Shown here: piece after piece, positions 7,183 to 17,667 of the stretch | Layout of the letters: each line of letters opens with the position of its first letter | Position numbering within the stretch: position 1 is the stretch's first letter | NCBI GenBank assembly: GCA_016182495.1 | Contig: JACPGK010000019.1 | Span: 1-63,545, forward strand | Direction: 5' to 3' | Source: Candidatus Kerfeldbacteria bacterium | Lineage (GTDB): Bacteria; Patescibacteriota; Patescibacteriia; UBA9570 | DNA: 63,545 nt | The notes under the pieces: model-generated | What the model saw: the letters and a program-made list of their open reading frames with translations, nothing else | What the model was told of the DNA's origin: nothing | The model's database searches: none | Translations under genes and position numbers: made by a program

Positions 7183-9384
7183 TTAAACAATCGGCGCTTC
7201 AAAGGTTTCTTCTTTACCGCCAACCTGATTAGTATTCTCTTCATCGCTATACAGTTGAGCCATTAACGTATCAATTTCAGCCAATGAGATAGCATACTGT
7301 TGACGATTATAATCGATAATATTTTGAGCGAAGTTTGGTTCCGGAATCGACGGAACATCTACGGTGATAGCCGAAAACGGCTGGGTAGTTTGACCTTCCA
7401 CACTCATTTTGATTAACATTTCGCGCACGCCAAGATTAATAAAATCTTCGGTGCTAAAAATAGGGGTAAATTCATTCGATAAATAGGTACCATCATCAGC
7501 CCCAACACGCATAGCAATAATTGAACCGATATTACCAAACACCGTGCCTTTAATGCGGGCAGGTACTTGAGCTAAATATTGGTGTGAAATAGTCAGTAAC
7601 AAACGATATTTACGCGACTCGGATAAAATATTTTCAAAGGTTTCAGTGGCAAAGTTTTGGAATTCATCAATGTACAGGTAAAAATCTTTCCGTTGTTTCT
7701 CGGGTAATTTAGCCCGTTCCATAGCTGTTTGATAAATTTTAGTAATCATCATAGCTCCCAGTAAAGCGGCGTTTTCTTCACCCAAGCGGCCTTTGGATAA
7801 TTCAATCAACACCACTTTTTGATTATTCATGATATCATCAAAGCTGAATTTATTTTTCGGTTGCGCCACAATATTGCGAATTAAGTGGTTCGATAAAAAC
7901 TGACCTAGTTTATTAACCAACGGCAGAATAGCTTCATTATCAAATTTTTCGGACCAGCTGGAAAATTCATTGGCCCAAAAATGTTTTACCACGGAATCTT
8001 TAATTTCCGGGATCACTTTTTGTCGAAATTTACGATTCGTTAACATTTTCATCATGCCGACAATGGTTGATTCTGGATAATCTAACATAGCCAGAGTAGT
8101 GTATCGAAACACATGTTCAATTTTTGGCGACCAGTCACCACCGAAGAATTTTTCAAATACCTCAATCAGGCCTTGAGTGACTTGTTGCTTCATATCCAGC
8201 GATACGTTTTCTAGAGGATTAAAAGCCATTGGCCACTCAAAATCGGCTACATTAAAATACACGATATCTTTCATCTTACGTTCTGGTATGTACTTGATGA
8301 TATCTTGAATCAAGTCACCGTGCGGATCCATCACGCAGACGCCTTTATCTTTAATAATATCGTCGATAATAAAAGTTTCCAATAATTTTGATTTACCAGA
8401 ACCAGATTTACCCACTACATACAAATGGCGCCGGCGGTCATCACGCCGAATACCAAATTTTGTTTTAATTCCGCGAAAATTAGTATAACCAAAAAAAGTG
8501 GCTGCATCAGCTGGTGTGTTATTGGGCGTAGGCAAATTAAAAGGAGGTTGGGCTCGTTTCGATAGCACCCAGTTAATGGCCGGTAACTTTAAGCGAGGAT
8601 CAGGAATATGAAACAGTGAGGCGATTTCTTCTTGGGTCAAGACAATCCGTTTTTCTAAATGACGCTGGACAAAATCTTTAATAAACTTTTGCGTTTCTGG
8701 TATAGCGGTAAATTTAATTCTATTTTTTTCCGCTGAAAATTCATGAGTAGACCGTTGAATTTCATCAATTCGCTGTTTAGCTTTAACGCTATCGGCTTCT
8801 GGAAAGAAATAAATAAAGCGCATAGCGGCATCGAATTTTGGTAATTCTTGCGATTCACCGCTGCGTTTACTTTCGCCATAGAATAAACCACTCGATTCAC
8901 TGTCGAGTTCTTCATTTAATGGTTGCAACACCAGCTGGAACCACACCGCATGACGAGCCGGAATAGAAGAAATAATATTGATAAAAGAACTCAATGGATC
9001 ACTCGGAGCCGTGGTTTTATAGGTACGCAGTGAGTACTGTTCATTTTGAGCTAAATCCATGTAATAGGCCAAGGCATGATCTGGCACATGTTCCAGATCA
9101 TTAAACCGTTCGATCAGTTCAATTTCAGTATCTGGAAACACCGAAAAGATCATATTCTTCATGGTGTTAGCGTTGCTTTTGGCAGTGGTAATGTAGAAAT
9201 TTAATTTATTATGGATTGAAATTACTTCGCAGGCCAGTAGAGCATTTTGGCCGGTTTCATTTTTCAGTAAATAGTAAAAATTATGAAACAAACGTTCAAA
9301 TTTGCCGATATGATCATCAATCGGCGATAGCGGAAAACGCATTAATAGCGTAGCACGATTATCCATCAATTTATATTTTAACAA
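7183..9384 (-). CDS. FtsK/HerA/TraD-superfamily P-loop ATPase, type IV secretion coupling-protein-like
   Basis: 733 aa with Walker A LYVVGKSGSGKSKLL followed by VCVMDPHGDL, Walker B-like DFYLYIDEFQNF, and a C-terminal ..LLLTISHQYLAQV.. motif as in TrwB/VirD4-type ATPases. Confidence 0.75.
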   Translation of the reverse strand: MLKYKLMDNRATLLMRFPLSPIDDHIGKFERLFHNFYYLLKNETGQNALLACEVISIHNKLNFYITTAKSNANTMKNMIFSVFPDTEIELIERFNDLEHVPDHALAYYMDLAQNEQYSLRTYKTTAPSDPLSSFINIISSIPARHAVWFQLVLQPLNEELDSESSGLFYGESKRSGESQELPKFDAAMRFIYFFPEADSVKAKQRIDEIQRSTHEFSAEKNRIKFTAIPETQKFIKDFVQRHLEKRIVLTQEEIASLFHIPDPRLKLPAINWVLSKRAQPPFNLPTPNNTPADAATFFGYTNFRGIKTKFGIRRDDRRRHLYVVGKSGSGKSKLLETFIIDDIIKDKGVCVMDPHGDLIQDIIKYIPERKMKDIVYFNVADFEWPMAFNPLENVSLDMKQQVTQGLIEVFEKFFGGDWSPKIEHVFRYTTLAMLDYPESTIVGMMKMLTNRKFRQKVIPEIKDSVVKHFWANEFSSWSEKFDNEAILPLVNKLGQFLSNHLIRNIVAQPKNKFSFDDIMNNQKVVLIELSKGRLGEENAALLGAMMITKIYQTAMERAKLPEKQRKDFYLYIDEFQNFATETFENILSESRKYRLLLTISHQYLAQVPARIKGTVFGNIGSIIAMRVGADDGTYLSNEFTPIFSTEDFINLGVREMLIKMSVEGQTTQPFSAITVDVPSIPEPNFAQNIIDYNRQQYAISLAEIDTLMAQLYSDEENTNQVGGKEETFEAPIV

Positions 9385-9415
9385 AAAAAATCGTTTCTGT
9401 CAAATTTTTATGCTG

Positions 9416-10225
9416 CTAGCTGGAAGTTCGACAGACAATCACTCGATCAAGTCCAGCTAAATCTTTACTGACAACCACGCTAGCTTTTGGAAAATAATGT
9501 CGACATAATCGGTTGACTCGCATAGCTTGACGATAACCAATTTCAAATATAATACTGCCGCTAGGCTTAAGATAATAGTGAGCTTGTTGCAGAATGCGCT
9601 CAATAATTTTGGTAGAGTTTCGGCCGGCAGTTAAAGCCAAGCGTGGCTCAAACTGTAGTTGGCGATGGTTAGCTTCTGTGCCAGTCAGGTAGGGCGGATT
9701 TGACACAATCATATCAAGCTGATGCTTGAAGTACTGTGGCAAGGCGGCTAAAGCATTGCCACAATAGCTGGGAATAGTCACCTGGTGTGTACGGGCATTG
9801 CGTCGCAGCACACGTAAAGCCGCTGGCGAAATATCTGTGGCTAGTACACGCGTAGTTGGTAATAATTTTTTTAAGACAATGGCAATATTACCACTACCGG
9901 TACCAATATCAGCTATAGTGTGAATTGGTTGATTGACATTACCACAGTATTGTACAACGGTATCAACCAGTAGTTCAGTATCAGGCCGTGGTATTAAAAC
10001 ATCACGATTCACGATAAAATTTAATCCGTAAAATTCTTTATGGCCGGTAATATAGGCTACCGGTTCGTTTTGCTCACGACGGTGCAGATAGTTGAGCAAT
10101 TTTTTCGCTTGCCGAGTGGTCAAAGTATACTCTGGATGAGCATATAAAAATTCTCGTGGCTGCTTGATAACGGAGGCTAATAACACATCAACATCTAATC
10201 GCCGCCCAGTATCACCAATGGTCAT
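9416..10225 (-). CDS. prmC: release-factor glutamine N5-methyltransferase
   Basis: 269 aa with the SAM motif [13 protein letters not shown] and catalytic IVSNPPYL. Its start overlaps the prfA stop (ATGA). Confidence 0.9.
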   Translation of the reverse strand: MTIGDTGRRLDVDVLLASVIKQPREFLYAHPEYTLTTRQAKKLLNYLHRREQNEPVAYITGHKEFYGLNFIVNRDVLIPRPDTELLVDTVVQYCGNVNQPIHTIADIGTGSGNIAIVLKKLLPTTRVLATDISPAALRVLRRNARTHQVTIPSYCGNALAALPQYFKHQLDMIVSNPPYLTGTEANHRQLQFEPRLALTAGRNSTKIIERILQQAHYYLKPSGSIIFEIGYRQAMRVNRLCRHYFPKASVVVSKDLAGLDRVIVCRTSS

Positions 10226-11295
10226 AAATTCTGCAACAGCATTTTGTAATCTTCTTCGCGCAAGGCTGTTAGTAGTGGCTGGAGGTTGCCTTCGAGAATC
10301 GGATCAATATTATTCCAACTTTGTTTAATGCGATGATCGGTAATACGATCTTGGGGAAAATTATAGGTGCGAATTTTTTCTGAACGATCACCCGTGCCTA
10401 TTTGCGATCGTCGAGCGGCTGAATTTTTTTTCAAATCGGCCTCGCGTTGCATTTCAAACAAACGTGATTGTAATACTTTAAGGGCCTTAGCTTTATTTTT
10501 GTGTTGCGATTTTTCATCCTGACAGGTTACAATCATACCACTGGGTAAATGAGTAATACGCACAGCTGAATCGGTGGTATTAACACTTTGACCACCATGA
10601 CCCCCCGATCGAAACACATCGATGCGTATATCATTCGGATCAATGGTAATATCTATTGCGTCGGCTTCAGGCAGTACCGCTACGGTAACAGTTGAAGTAT
10701 GAATGCGACCAGATTTTTCGGTGGTCGGTACTCGCTGTACTCGGTGAACGCCCGATTCATATTTCATACAGGAGTAAACATTATTTCCGGTAATTTCGAA
10801 AATGATTTCTTTAAAACCGTCTAAATCGCTATGATTGGCGCTTAATAAACTGGTGCGCCAACCTTGGGTTTCAGCATAGCGACTATACATGCGGAACAAC
10901 TCGGCAGCAAATAAGGCGGCTTCATCACCACCGGCGCCGGCCCGAATTTCTACAATGATATCTTTACGATCAAGCGGATCTTTTGGCAGCAGCGTAATTT
11001 CAATGGCTCGAACACAAGCAGCTTGATCAGTATGCAGACGATCTAATTCAGTTTGAGCCAGTTGCTGTAATTCAACATCGCTGTCATCATGAGCAGTACG
11101 CTCGGCTTCGGTTAAGGCGCGTTCAATAGTGAGCAAGCGATCAAATAGCACTATTTTTTCTTTGAGTTCATCGTACTCTTGGGCATATTTTTTAAAGCGC
11201 GTTTGATCTTGAATCAAAGTTGGTTGCTGTAGTTCCTGCTCAAGCTGGGCAAAACGCTGGCGCAGTTGTTCAATTTTGAGACGGATAGAATCCAT
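10222..11295 (-). CDS. prfA: peptide chain release factor 1
   Basis: GGQ motif ([13 protein letters not shown]) and the RF1-type tripeptide region [17 protein letters not shown]. The likely start is [11 protein letters not shown] at 11295; the track start 11355 adds an implausible leader. Confidence 0.93.
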   Translation of the reverse strand: MDSIRLKIEQLRQRFAQLEQELQQPTLIQDQTRFKKYAQEYDELKEKIVLFDRLLTIERALTEAERTAHDDSDVELQQLAQTELDRLHTDQAACVRAIEITLLPKDPLDRKDIIVEIRAGAGGDEAALFAAELFRMYSRYAETQGWRTSLLSANHSDLDGFKEIIFEITGNNVYSCMKYESGVHRVQRVPTTEKSGRIHTSTVTVAVLPEADAIDITIDPNDIRIDVFRSGGHGGQSVNTTDSAVRITHLPSGMIVTCQDEKSQHKNKAKALKVLQSRLFEMQREADLKKNSAARRSQIGTGDRSEKIRTYNFPQDRITDHRIKQSWNNIDPILEGNLQPLLTALREEDYKMLLQNL

Positions 11296-11361
11296 AAATA
11301 ATATAGTGTGAACATAAAACTCCTGCTCAATGCAACAGGAGTACGTGATGATCAAACCTAG

Positions 11362-11673
11362 TTACGCTTCTTTAAGAGCCGATTTTAAAGCCGCTTTGGC
11401 TAATTTTTTAGTATCTTTATCACGCCGTTTACTTTTTTTGGAGGTAGCCGGACGAGCTGCTTTAATTGAAGCGACTTTTTTGGTACGTTCTTGGAATTTT
11501 TCTACGCGACGAGCCGTATCGACAAATTTTTGTTTACCAGTAAAAAATGGATGGCAGTTTGAACACACTTCAATTTGAATAACCTCTAAAGTTGAACCAC
11601 TAGAAAAACTGTTACCGCAGGCGCAGGTAATAGTAGCAGTTTGATAGTATGGTGGATGAATTTCTTTTTTCAT
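11362..11673 (-). CDS. rpmE: 50S ribosomal protein L31 with Lys-rich C-terminal extension
   Basis: [23 protein letters not shown]...[27 protein letters not shown] followed by a ~35-aa basic tail ([25 protein letters not shown]). Confidence 0.9.
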   Translation of the reverse strand: MKKEIHPPYYQTATITCACGNSFSSGSTLEVIQIEVCSNCHPFFTGKQKFVDTARRVEKFQERTKKVASIKAARPATSKKSKRRDKDTKKLAKAALKSALKEA

Positions 11674-11706
11674 ACCGCCGTACAATACCACAGCACTCAA
11701 TAGGCG

Positions 11707-14700
11707 TCAAGCGGCCAGGGCTTGTTGTAATGAAGTAAAGCCAGCTTGCTCGGCTAACCGATTATAGGCGTGCACATTACGGGTAAGTAGAGAAATATGC
11801 AATGGCAAGCGTACCCCGTGCTGCCGCAAATCAACTAAGGCATGATTCACCGCTGCCGCATTACCAGCCAGTAATTCGTTACCAAGGTTGCTTATAGTAG
11901 CAGTGATCGTTGGTGGCATGGCATTAATTTCTTGAACCGGCATAAATTTGCTCAAATAACCCAATAAGGCCATGGGATCAACTACGCCGCGGACCAATCC
12001 GCTAAATAAATTTCGTTCTTGTTCATCTAAGTGAATATAGAAAGTGCGATCAAGTATAGCCACTTGCTTATTTGGCGTTACTCGATAATTACCAATATGC
12101 ACATCACCATGCAATTGGCCAGCTGCAATTTGGTGAGCAAAACTTTTACAAATAACACTCACTACTGCTCGCATGTCATGGCCTTCAGTCACCAAGGCTT
12201 GCCAATCTGTTAGATTACGCCCAGGTACTTTTTCTTCAATTTGAAAATAGTTACTAATCGGCGGTTCAGATTTTGGCACCAGTATACTGTAATCTAACCC
12301 CTCGGTTTTACCAAAGCCATGCTGTTGATGATAGAAGGTTTGATCATGTTCTAAAAATTGATCAAACTGTAACTCCTGATCAATCCACTCCGCCACTAAT
12401 TCTACCCCAATGCGTAAACGTTGATGCGTAGCTGCATCGAGTGTACCTTGTTGCAGCATCACATCAAGCGCATTGTCAAATAACGCCCGGGTAGCCTGCA
12501 AATGAAAGGTAATATTAGGGTTACGCACTCGAATTACTTTGTCGGCTTCGGCGGTAGGAGATTGCCGGGTGTGAATTTCATACACCGTCATCAACGAACC
12601 ACCACCTAATCGTTTGCCAAATTGATCAATCGTATCCCACATGGTACCTTGATCGGTCGGCCATTCGCGCTCCACCACACCAATTGAGGTTAATTTTGAT
12701 TGACCGCGCAATGAATCATACAAGGTATTGAATTGTTCCTGATATCGCCCTGGAATATCAACGAATTGCGGTAGTAATTGTAAAAAACGAACGGCTAACG
12801 AACCTAACCGTGGCGCTAGCTCGGTGACTAGTTCTAGAGGGCTTTGCCGTTTGGCGACAGTATCAGTTTCCATTACCCCACGTTTTTTTAACCAAGCTCG
12901 AATACGCCGAGTTCCTAATAACCCATAATTTTCTTCATATTGCCAAGGAGTGGTGGCGGCAGCTTGAGGGAGAATAGTGAGTTTGGTTGCTGAAAATGGA
13001 GTAGCATCTTCAATGCCCACATCAATCAGAGCTTCTAACACACTATCTACTTGAGTCCAGGGAGTTGCTTTGGTTGCTGGTACCAGTAAATGTTCAGCCA
13101 GGGTTGGCCCCATGGTGAGAAATAACAATTTCCAATCATCGGCGACGGCTAGAGCATCTCCCACCTGACGAATGGTAGCGCGCAAATCGGTTTCATTGGC
13201 AGCGGTATCTAACGTTTCATCAAGCAAAGCATGTAATAATTTACCACGATCAGTTGGTTGCTGCATCAAGCCAGAATCGAGGACTAATTTTTTAACCACA
13301 GCCAGCTTGGCGCCACTATTTAAACTGAACAGCATACTGATGATTTGATCAAGGTCTGCTAACATACGGCGAGCATTCAAGATAGTTTCTTCCAAAGTGT
13401 CCGCATCACTCAAATACGACAATGCTTCTTTAGCTAAAATATCCCGTAATTCATTATCACTATGCCGAGTGCCTAATAGTAATGTTATTGTTTTAAAAGC
13501 GGTGTATCCTTTAATTTTTAAAACCCGATCAATTTCAGCTAATATTCCTACCTGAACACTACCTTCATCAAAAAATAAATCTAAATACCGGCGCATTTGA
13601 GAGTGCACCGCTTGGTACTGTTCCACGGTGATCATACACTCTTCAATTAAGCGATCCTTTAATTCTACATCATATCGACTAGTTCCATGAGCAAAGGCTA
13701 CGGCCAACTGCCTATCAAAATCAGTGGCTTCAGCCCATTGCTGTTCGGCTAAGTATTGTTTTAATTGCAGGCGCAGGTGTGGATCGGTACAGCATTCACT
13801 GATGATATATAATAAGCCAAAACGATCAGGTCCGGCCGTAACAGTATCAATCTGTTTCATGGTATCGGCCACCAATGGAGCAGCAATGTTTTTATGATCA
13901 CGCAATATGTTACCTATCGGTACCCCAGCCTGTTCAAAAGTTTGGATAGTAGCCCAGCGTTTTTTGATTGGTACTGTTATGATATGTGCTACGATAAAAC
14001 GAGTACCAACATCAATATCTGGTTGAGTGCTTGTAACTTCTGCATCTAAACCAAATTGTTCACCACCTTGAATGAATAGTTGACTAAGTCGAATAGCTAA
14101 AGCTGGATTTTTAGTACTTTGTTCTAAGCATTGTTTGAGTAGAGTAGTGTACGGTACGGTAAAAATAGTACCACCATAATCCACGGACATATTGGCTAGC
14201 CGAGATATTTCTTCACTTCTGTAGAAGTATTTTGCCACGGCTCGTTCAGATGATTCAATATCAGCGCACCGAGGATCGTTCGTTAAAAAGGCGGTATGCC
14301 ATTTTTCTAAGCTATCTAGCACCCGCAGTATTTGACTGCCTCGACCTTCACTGGATTCACCGACAATTAAATTAGTAAATACTTGCGCACTGACACTGCG
14401 CAACAGCCAACCAACCGCCCGCACTGTTAAATGGCTTGATTGTTCTTGCAGCACAGCAACACTAGCATTGATCACTTCACGAAAATTAGTTGGTCGTTGA
14501 TCGGCTAAAGTCATCAGCTGTTTTCCATTTTCTGATTCAGTCCAATCGAACATCACCTGCAAACGATCGTGAGATATATCTGACGCACGGGTAAGGCCAA
14601 AATCTTGCACCAAGCGATGCCCTGAAACCGACTGATGTAATTTTTTTTCGCTGGCCGAAGCTTTGCGTTCTGTGAGAATACCACTAGCCTGCACAACACC

Positions 14701-16119
14701 ATCATGGAACAACTGGGCAGCATCGGGTTGCACAATACATTTTTTGTGCGCGAAATCAGCTAACGCTAGGCTCCAAGCTTCAAGTTCAGCTACAAAATCA
14801 GCGGCGGCAAAGGTATCAGCCCGGCTACTATCACCAAACCAGCCAACTTCTAACGACCGTTTTATTAATAAACGCAAACAAGCCCGTGGATCACCCAGGG
14901 CATACGGCATATCATGTTCAGCCACCACCGCTAGTTGTGTCCGTAAGTAGCGAGCGTCATCCAAGGTAGTCAACTCGGTCCAGGCGGCATCGCGCGCTGA
15001 TCGGTGGAGAGTTGTGTAGGGGTGTTCAAGGTTATATTTATTTTTAAAACCGTCAGCCGGTACATCTAAATTTAATCCCAAGTTCAGTTGGTAGTGCAAA
15101 AAACGCCGTAAGCTGACATCACGTGGATTATCGCCCAGTTGATCAGTATCGGCCTCTAGCAGTTGCTGCACTTCAGCAAAAAATGGTTTGGCCTGTTTCA
15201 TATCAATGCCCGGAATCAGCAACCGCGACCAGTGTTGCACTAAACTAGTGATAGTCACAGCTCGTTTCACGGGTGATTGTTCACGAAGAATTTCAATCCA
15301 CCGTTCGCGTTTTTCACCCATTTTAAATTTATCAAAGGTTGTATACGGTTCAAATAAGCTGGTTGAGGCAATAGCTTCAGCCGCTGGTTCAACCTGCCAA
15401 GCAGTGCGCTCGGCTTGGGTGACCAGCCTTAATTGTTGAGATAAATGCGCCATATCGATATAGCGCAAACCAATTCGCCCCAGTAAGGCTCGATCTAGAC
15501 TTGAACCATGACTAGCACTGCGCTCACCGGTAGATCGGGCATCGAGTCGTTCTAATTCAAGAATGTACCCAAGGGGATTAGTGCCAGCCTCATCTAAGTC
15601 GAGCAAGGCGCCATGAATATCGGCTCGATGTTCAGCTAGGCGAGTAATACTGGTTTGGCGCAATTGTTCTTGCACAATATCACCTGGAGCACTACTGGCT
15701 GGTAAGCCACCGACATCGCGCAAAGTATCTTGTTCTTCGAGATGTTTTAATTCATGACCAAAAATACCAGCCAGGCCTTGATGCGAATAACACTGCAATA
15801 ATAACGGTAAGCCCATCACAATAATGTGGCGACCAATAGCCATGGCATTTTCTTCTAGCCGGGGACAAACAAGCAATTGAATATCGGGTGGCAGATTTTT
15901 ACGACAGGCGCGCAAGGCTGCGGCGGCTTGAATATAGGCGGGATGGTCGGCCGGTACACTGCCATAACGTAATGCCAAATCGTGCTTGGCCCAGGTTTCT
16001 AGTCGGTCAACATCAAGCCGAACATGAGTATCAAGGGCCTCAAACCGGCCAGAATCATCACCCTCGGGGCCAGCTTCTACTCTGTTCCCCCAGGATAGCG
16101 GCGGTTCTACTCGGCGCAT
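11707..16119 (-). CDS. 1470-aa multidomain protein: N-terminal M48-like Zn-metalloprotease motif, long helical middle, C-terminal ABC1/UbiB-like atypical kinase domain
   Basis: The N-terminus ENAMAIGRHIIVMGLPLL...LAGIFGHELKHLEEQD follows the M48 pattern nAfa.G..i.v..gLl...HExxH. The C-terminus ..GGGSLMTVYEIHT...KVIRVRNPNI.. and QLHGDVHIGNYRV....AILDRTFY follow the ABC1/APH-type catalytic loop H-x-D-x-H-x-G-N. Confidence 0.8.
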   Translation of the reverse strand: MRRVEPPLSWGNRVEAGPEGDDSGRFEALDTHVRLDVDRLETWAKHDLALRYGSVPADHPAYIQAAAALRACRKNLPPDIQLLVCPRLEENAMAIGRHIIVMGLPLLLQCYSHQGLAGIFGHELKHLEEQDTLRDVGGLPASSAPGDIVQEQLRQTSITRLAEHRADIHGALLDLDEAGTNPLGYILELERLDARSTGERSASHGSSLDRALLGRIGLRYIDMAHLSQQLRLVTQAERTAWQVEPAAEAIASTSLFEPYTTFDKFKMGEKRERWIEILREQSPVKRAVTITSLVQHWSRLLIPGIDMKQAKPFFAEVQQLLEADTDQLGDNPRDVSLRRFLHYQLNLGLNLDVPADGFKNKYNLEHPYTTLHRSARDAAWTELTTLDDARYLRTQLAVVAEHDMPYALGDPRACLRLLIKRSLEVGWFGDSSRADTFAAADFVAELEAWSLALADFAHKKCIVQPDAAQLFHDGVVQASGILTERKASASEKKLHQSVSGHRLVQDFGLTRASDISHDRLQVMFDWTESENGKQLMTLADQRPTNFREVINASVAVLQEQSSHLTVRAVGWLLRSVSAQVFTNLIVGESSEGRGSQILRVLDSLEKWHTAFLTNDPRCADIESSERAVAKYFYRSEEISRLANMSVDYGGTIFTVPYTTLLKQCLEQSTKNPALAIRLSQLFIQGGEQFGLDAEVTSTQPDIDVGTRFIVAHIITVPIKKRWATIQTFEQAGVPIGNILRDHKNIAAPLVADTMKQIDTVTAGPDRFGLLYIISECCTDPHLRLQLKQYLAEQQWAEATDFDRQLAVAFAHGTSRYDVELKDRLIEECMITVEQYQAVHSQMRRYLDLFFDEGSVQVGILAEIDRVLKIKGYTAFKTITLLLGTRHSDNELRDILAKEALSYLSDADTLEETILNARRMLADLDQIISMLFSLNSGAKLAVVKKLVLDSGLMQQPTDRGKLLHALLDETLDTAANETDLRATIRQVGDALAVADDWKLLFLTMGPTLAEHLLVPATKATPWTQVDSVLEALIDVGIEDATPFSATKLTILPQAAATTPWQYEENYGLLGTRRIRAWLKKRGVMETDTVAKRQSPLELVTELAPRLGSLAVRFLQLLPQFVDIPGRYQEQFNTLYDSLRGQSKLTSIGVVEREWPTDQGTMWDTIDQFGKRLGGGSLMTVYEIHTRQSPTAEADKVIRVRNPNITFHLQATRALFDNALDVMLQQGTLDAATHQRLRIGVELVAEWIDQELQFDQFLEHDQTFYHQQHGFGKTEGLDYSILVPKSEPPISNYFQIEEKVPGRNLTDWQALVTEGHDMRAVVSVICKSFAHQIAAGQLHGDVHIGNYRVTPNKQVAILDRTFYIHLDEQERNLFSGLVRGVVDPMALLGYLSKFMPVQEINAMPPTITATISNLGNELLAGNAAAVNHALVDLRQHGVRLPLHISLLTRNVHAYNRLAEQAGFTSLQQALAA

Positions 16120-16121
16120 GT

Positions 16122-16934
16122 TTAGAAACCTTTATATTGGTTGCAGCCGTGCTCTACCAAATTAGCAGCCACATCATAGTGGAACTGATCTGACCATAAT
16201 TGAATGCGTTCAGCTAAAATATCATTACCCACGTTGACATCGTAAGCTCCAGCGATTTCCGCCAAAAAATAAGCATTGCGTTGTTCAGCCGACATCACCT
16301 TGTCACCGAAATTAAAGCCAACAAATTCAACGGCAGCTACATTGACTGATACATTCACTAAATCTTGTAAGTTACCAGGCAAACCGTCACTCAAATTAAA
16401 TTTATAGGTGGCAAAAGTGGTTAATTTATCAGCCCGTTGTTGATCGCCAAAAATAGTAACGCGGGTTGGCTTAATGCCTTCGTTGGCTAATAATTCTTGA
16501 CTGTAGGCAATGTTTTGCCACGATACAATAGCACAGCTTTCTTGGTACACATGCACCCCGCGTTGTTGCAGATCAGTTGTATCAACCACACTGTTAAAGT
16601 AACTATTCATGGCTTCGGCTTCAGATAAATCGGGTTGCGTTGTGTAACTGCCGGTGAATACCACCGAATGAACAGCATTATCCGCCTCGCTGACAAATTC
16701 AGCCACTTGATCAATATACTGTTGATAAGTTGGGTTGCCAGCTACTGGTGCGCCATAGCCTGGCACAATCACGGTATGATGATCGGTTTGTTGACTAATG
16801 GTTTGGTTAATATTTTCGAAGGTTTGTTTGGCTTCTTGGTATTTTTGCAGGCCGGTATTATATTGATCAATTACACCGCAGCCCGTACACAATACGGTAA
16901 GCAGTAGTAATCCTCCTAATAGTGTGTTTGGCAT
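16122..16934 (-). CDS. DUF218 (YdcF/ElyC-like) lipoprotein
   Basis: From ATG 16934: MPNTLLGGLLLLTVLCTGCG (lipobox), then HHTVIVPGYGAPVAGNPT...VVFTGSYT...SEAEAMNSYF, typical of DUF218. Confidence 0.65.
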   Translation of the reverse strand: MPNTLLGGLLLLTVLCTGCGVIDQYNTGLQKYQEAKQTFENINQTISQQTDHHTVIVPGYGAPVAGNPTYQQYIDQVAEFVSEADNAVHSVVFTGSYTTQPDLSEAEAMNSYFNSVVDTTDLQQRGVHVYQESCAIVSWQNIAYSQELLANEGIKPTRVTIFGDQQRADKLTTFATYKFNLSDGLPGNLQDLVNVSVNVAAVEFVGFNFGDKVMSAEQRNAYFLAEIAGAYDVNVGNDILAERIQLWSDQFHYDVAANLVEHGCNQYKGF

Positions 16935-16969
16935 GCCGCCAGTATAGCATAGTTTTAATGCTAGTTTAA

Positions 16970-17572
16970 TTATTGATACCATGGTCCCAATTTGGCGCTC
17001 ATTTGGGCAATCACCACAATTAATAACACTAACCATATTACTACAATATCAAGGGCCGCTTTACTTTCGGGAGTAGTAGCTTTCACTTGTTGATGCACGG
17101 CATACAAACCTTGACCAATCAAATACAAACCAAACAACAGGCTCACGGCAATCATGCCACCATTCATCAAGCGCAATATCAGATGACCCGGCGAAGTATC
17201 GGTCCAGGTGAAAAACCAACTAATTGGAGCCAGCGCCAATACCACAATACCGCTGGTGGCTAGGCCGCCAATTAATAGGTACACTAATTGTGGCAGAGTG
17301 ATACGTGATCCGCGAATGGCGCTAAACACAAACAAGGCTGGCGTACACAACGCCACCGAACCCCACAGCAGCACAATCATTTTCCAACTTAAACCCAATG
17401 GCCACCGCCAATGTGGTATATATGAACCCATCACCAGACCAAAACTAGCTAACCCAAGCAGGCTTACAGCCATAAGCTCGGCCGCTAGGCGATTCCAGCG
17501 ATTTGGTTGAAAAATGGTTTGGTAGAATTGTTTTTTGTTTTTGAGGAGAAGAGCCGTAGCGGATTGTTTCAT
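16970..17572 (-). CDS. polytopic membrane protein (hypothetical)
   Basis: ~200 aa from MKQSATALLLKNKK..; five hydrophobic helices. The track start 17668 adds an AT-rich leader. Confidence 0.6.
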   Translation of the reverse strand: MKQSATALLLKNKKQFYQTIFQPNRWNRLAAELMAVSLLGLASFGLVMGSYIPHWRWPLGLSWKMIVLLWGSVALCTPALFVFSAIRGSRITLPQLVYLLIGGLATSGIVVLALAPISWFFTWTDTSPGHLILRLMNGGMIAVSLLFGLYLIGQGLYAVHQQVKATTPESKAALDIVVIWLVLLIVVIAQMSAKLGPWYQ

Positions 17573-17667
17573 ATTTGTATGAATTATGAATACTCGATAC
17601 CGAATGCATGATTCTATATTCTTAATTCTCGTTTGAATAGTGTAATCATTGTTTGATATATCAATCA

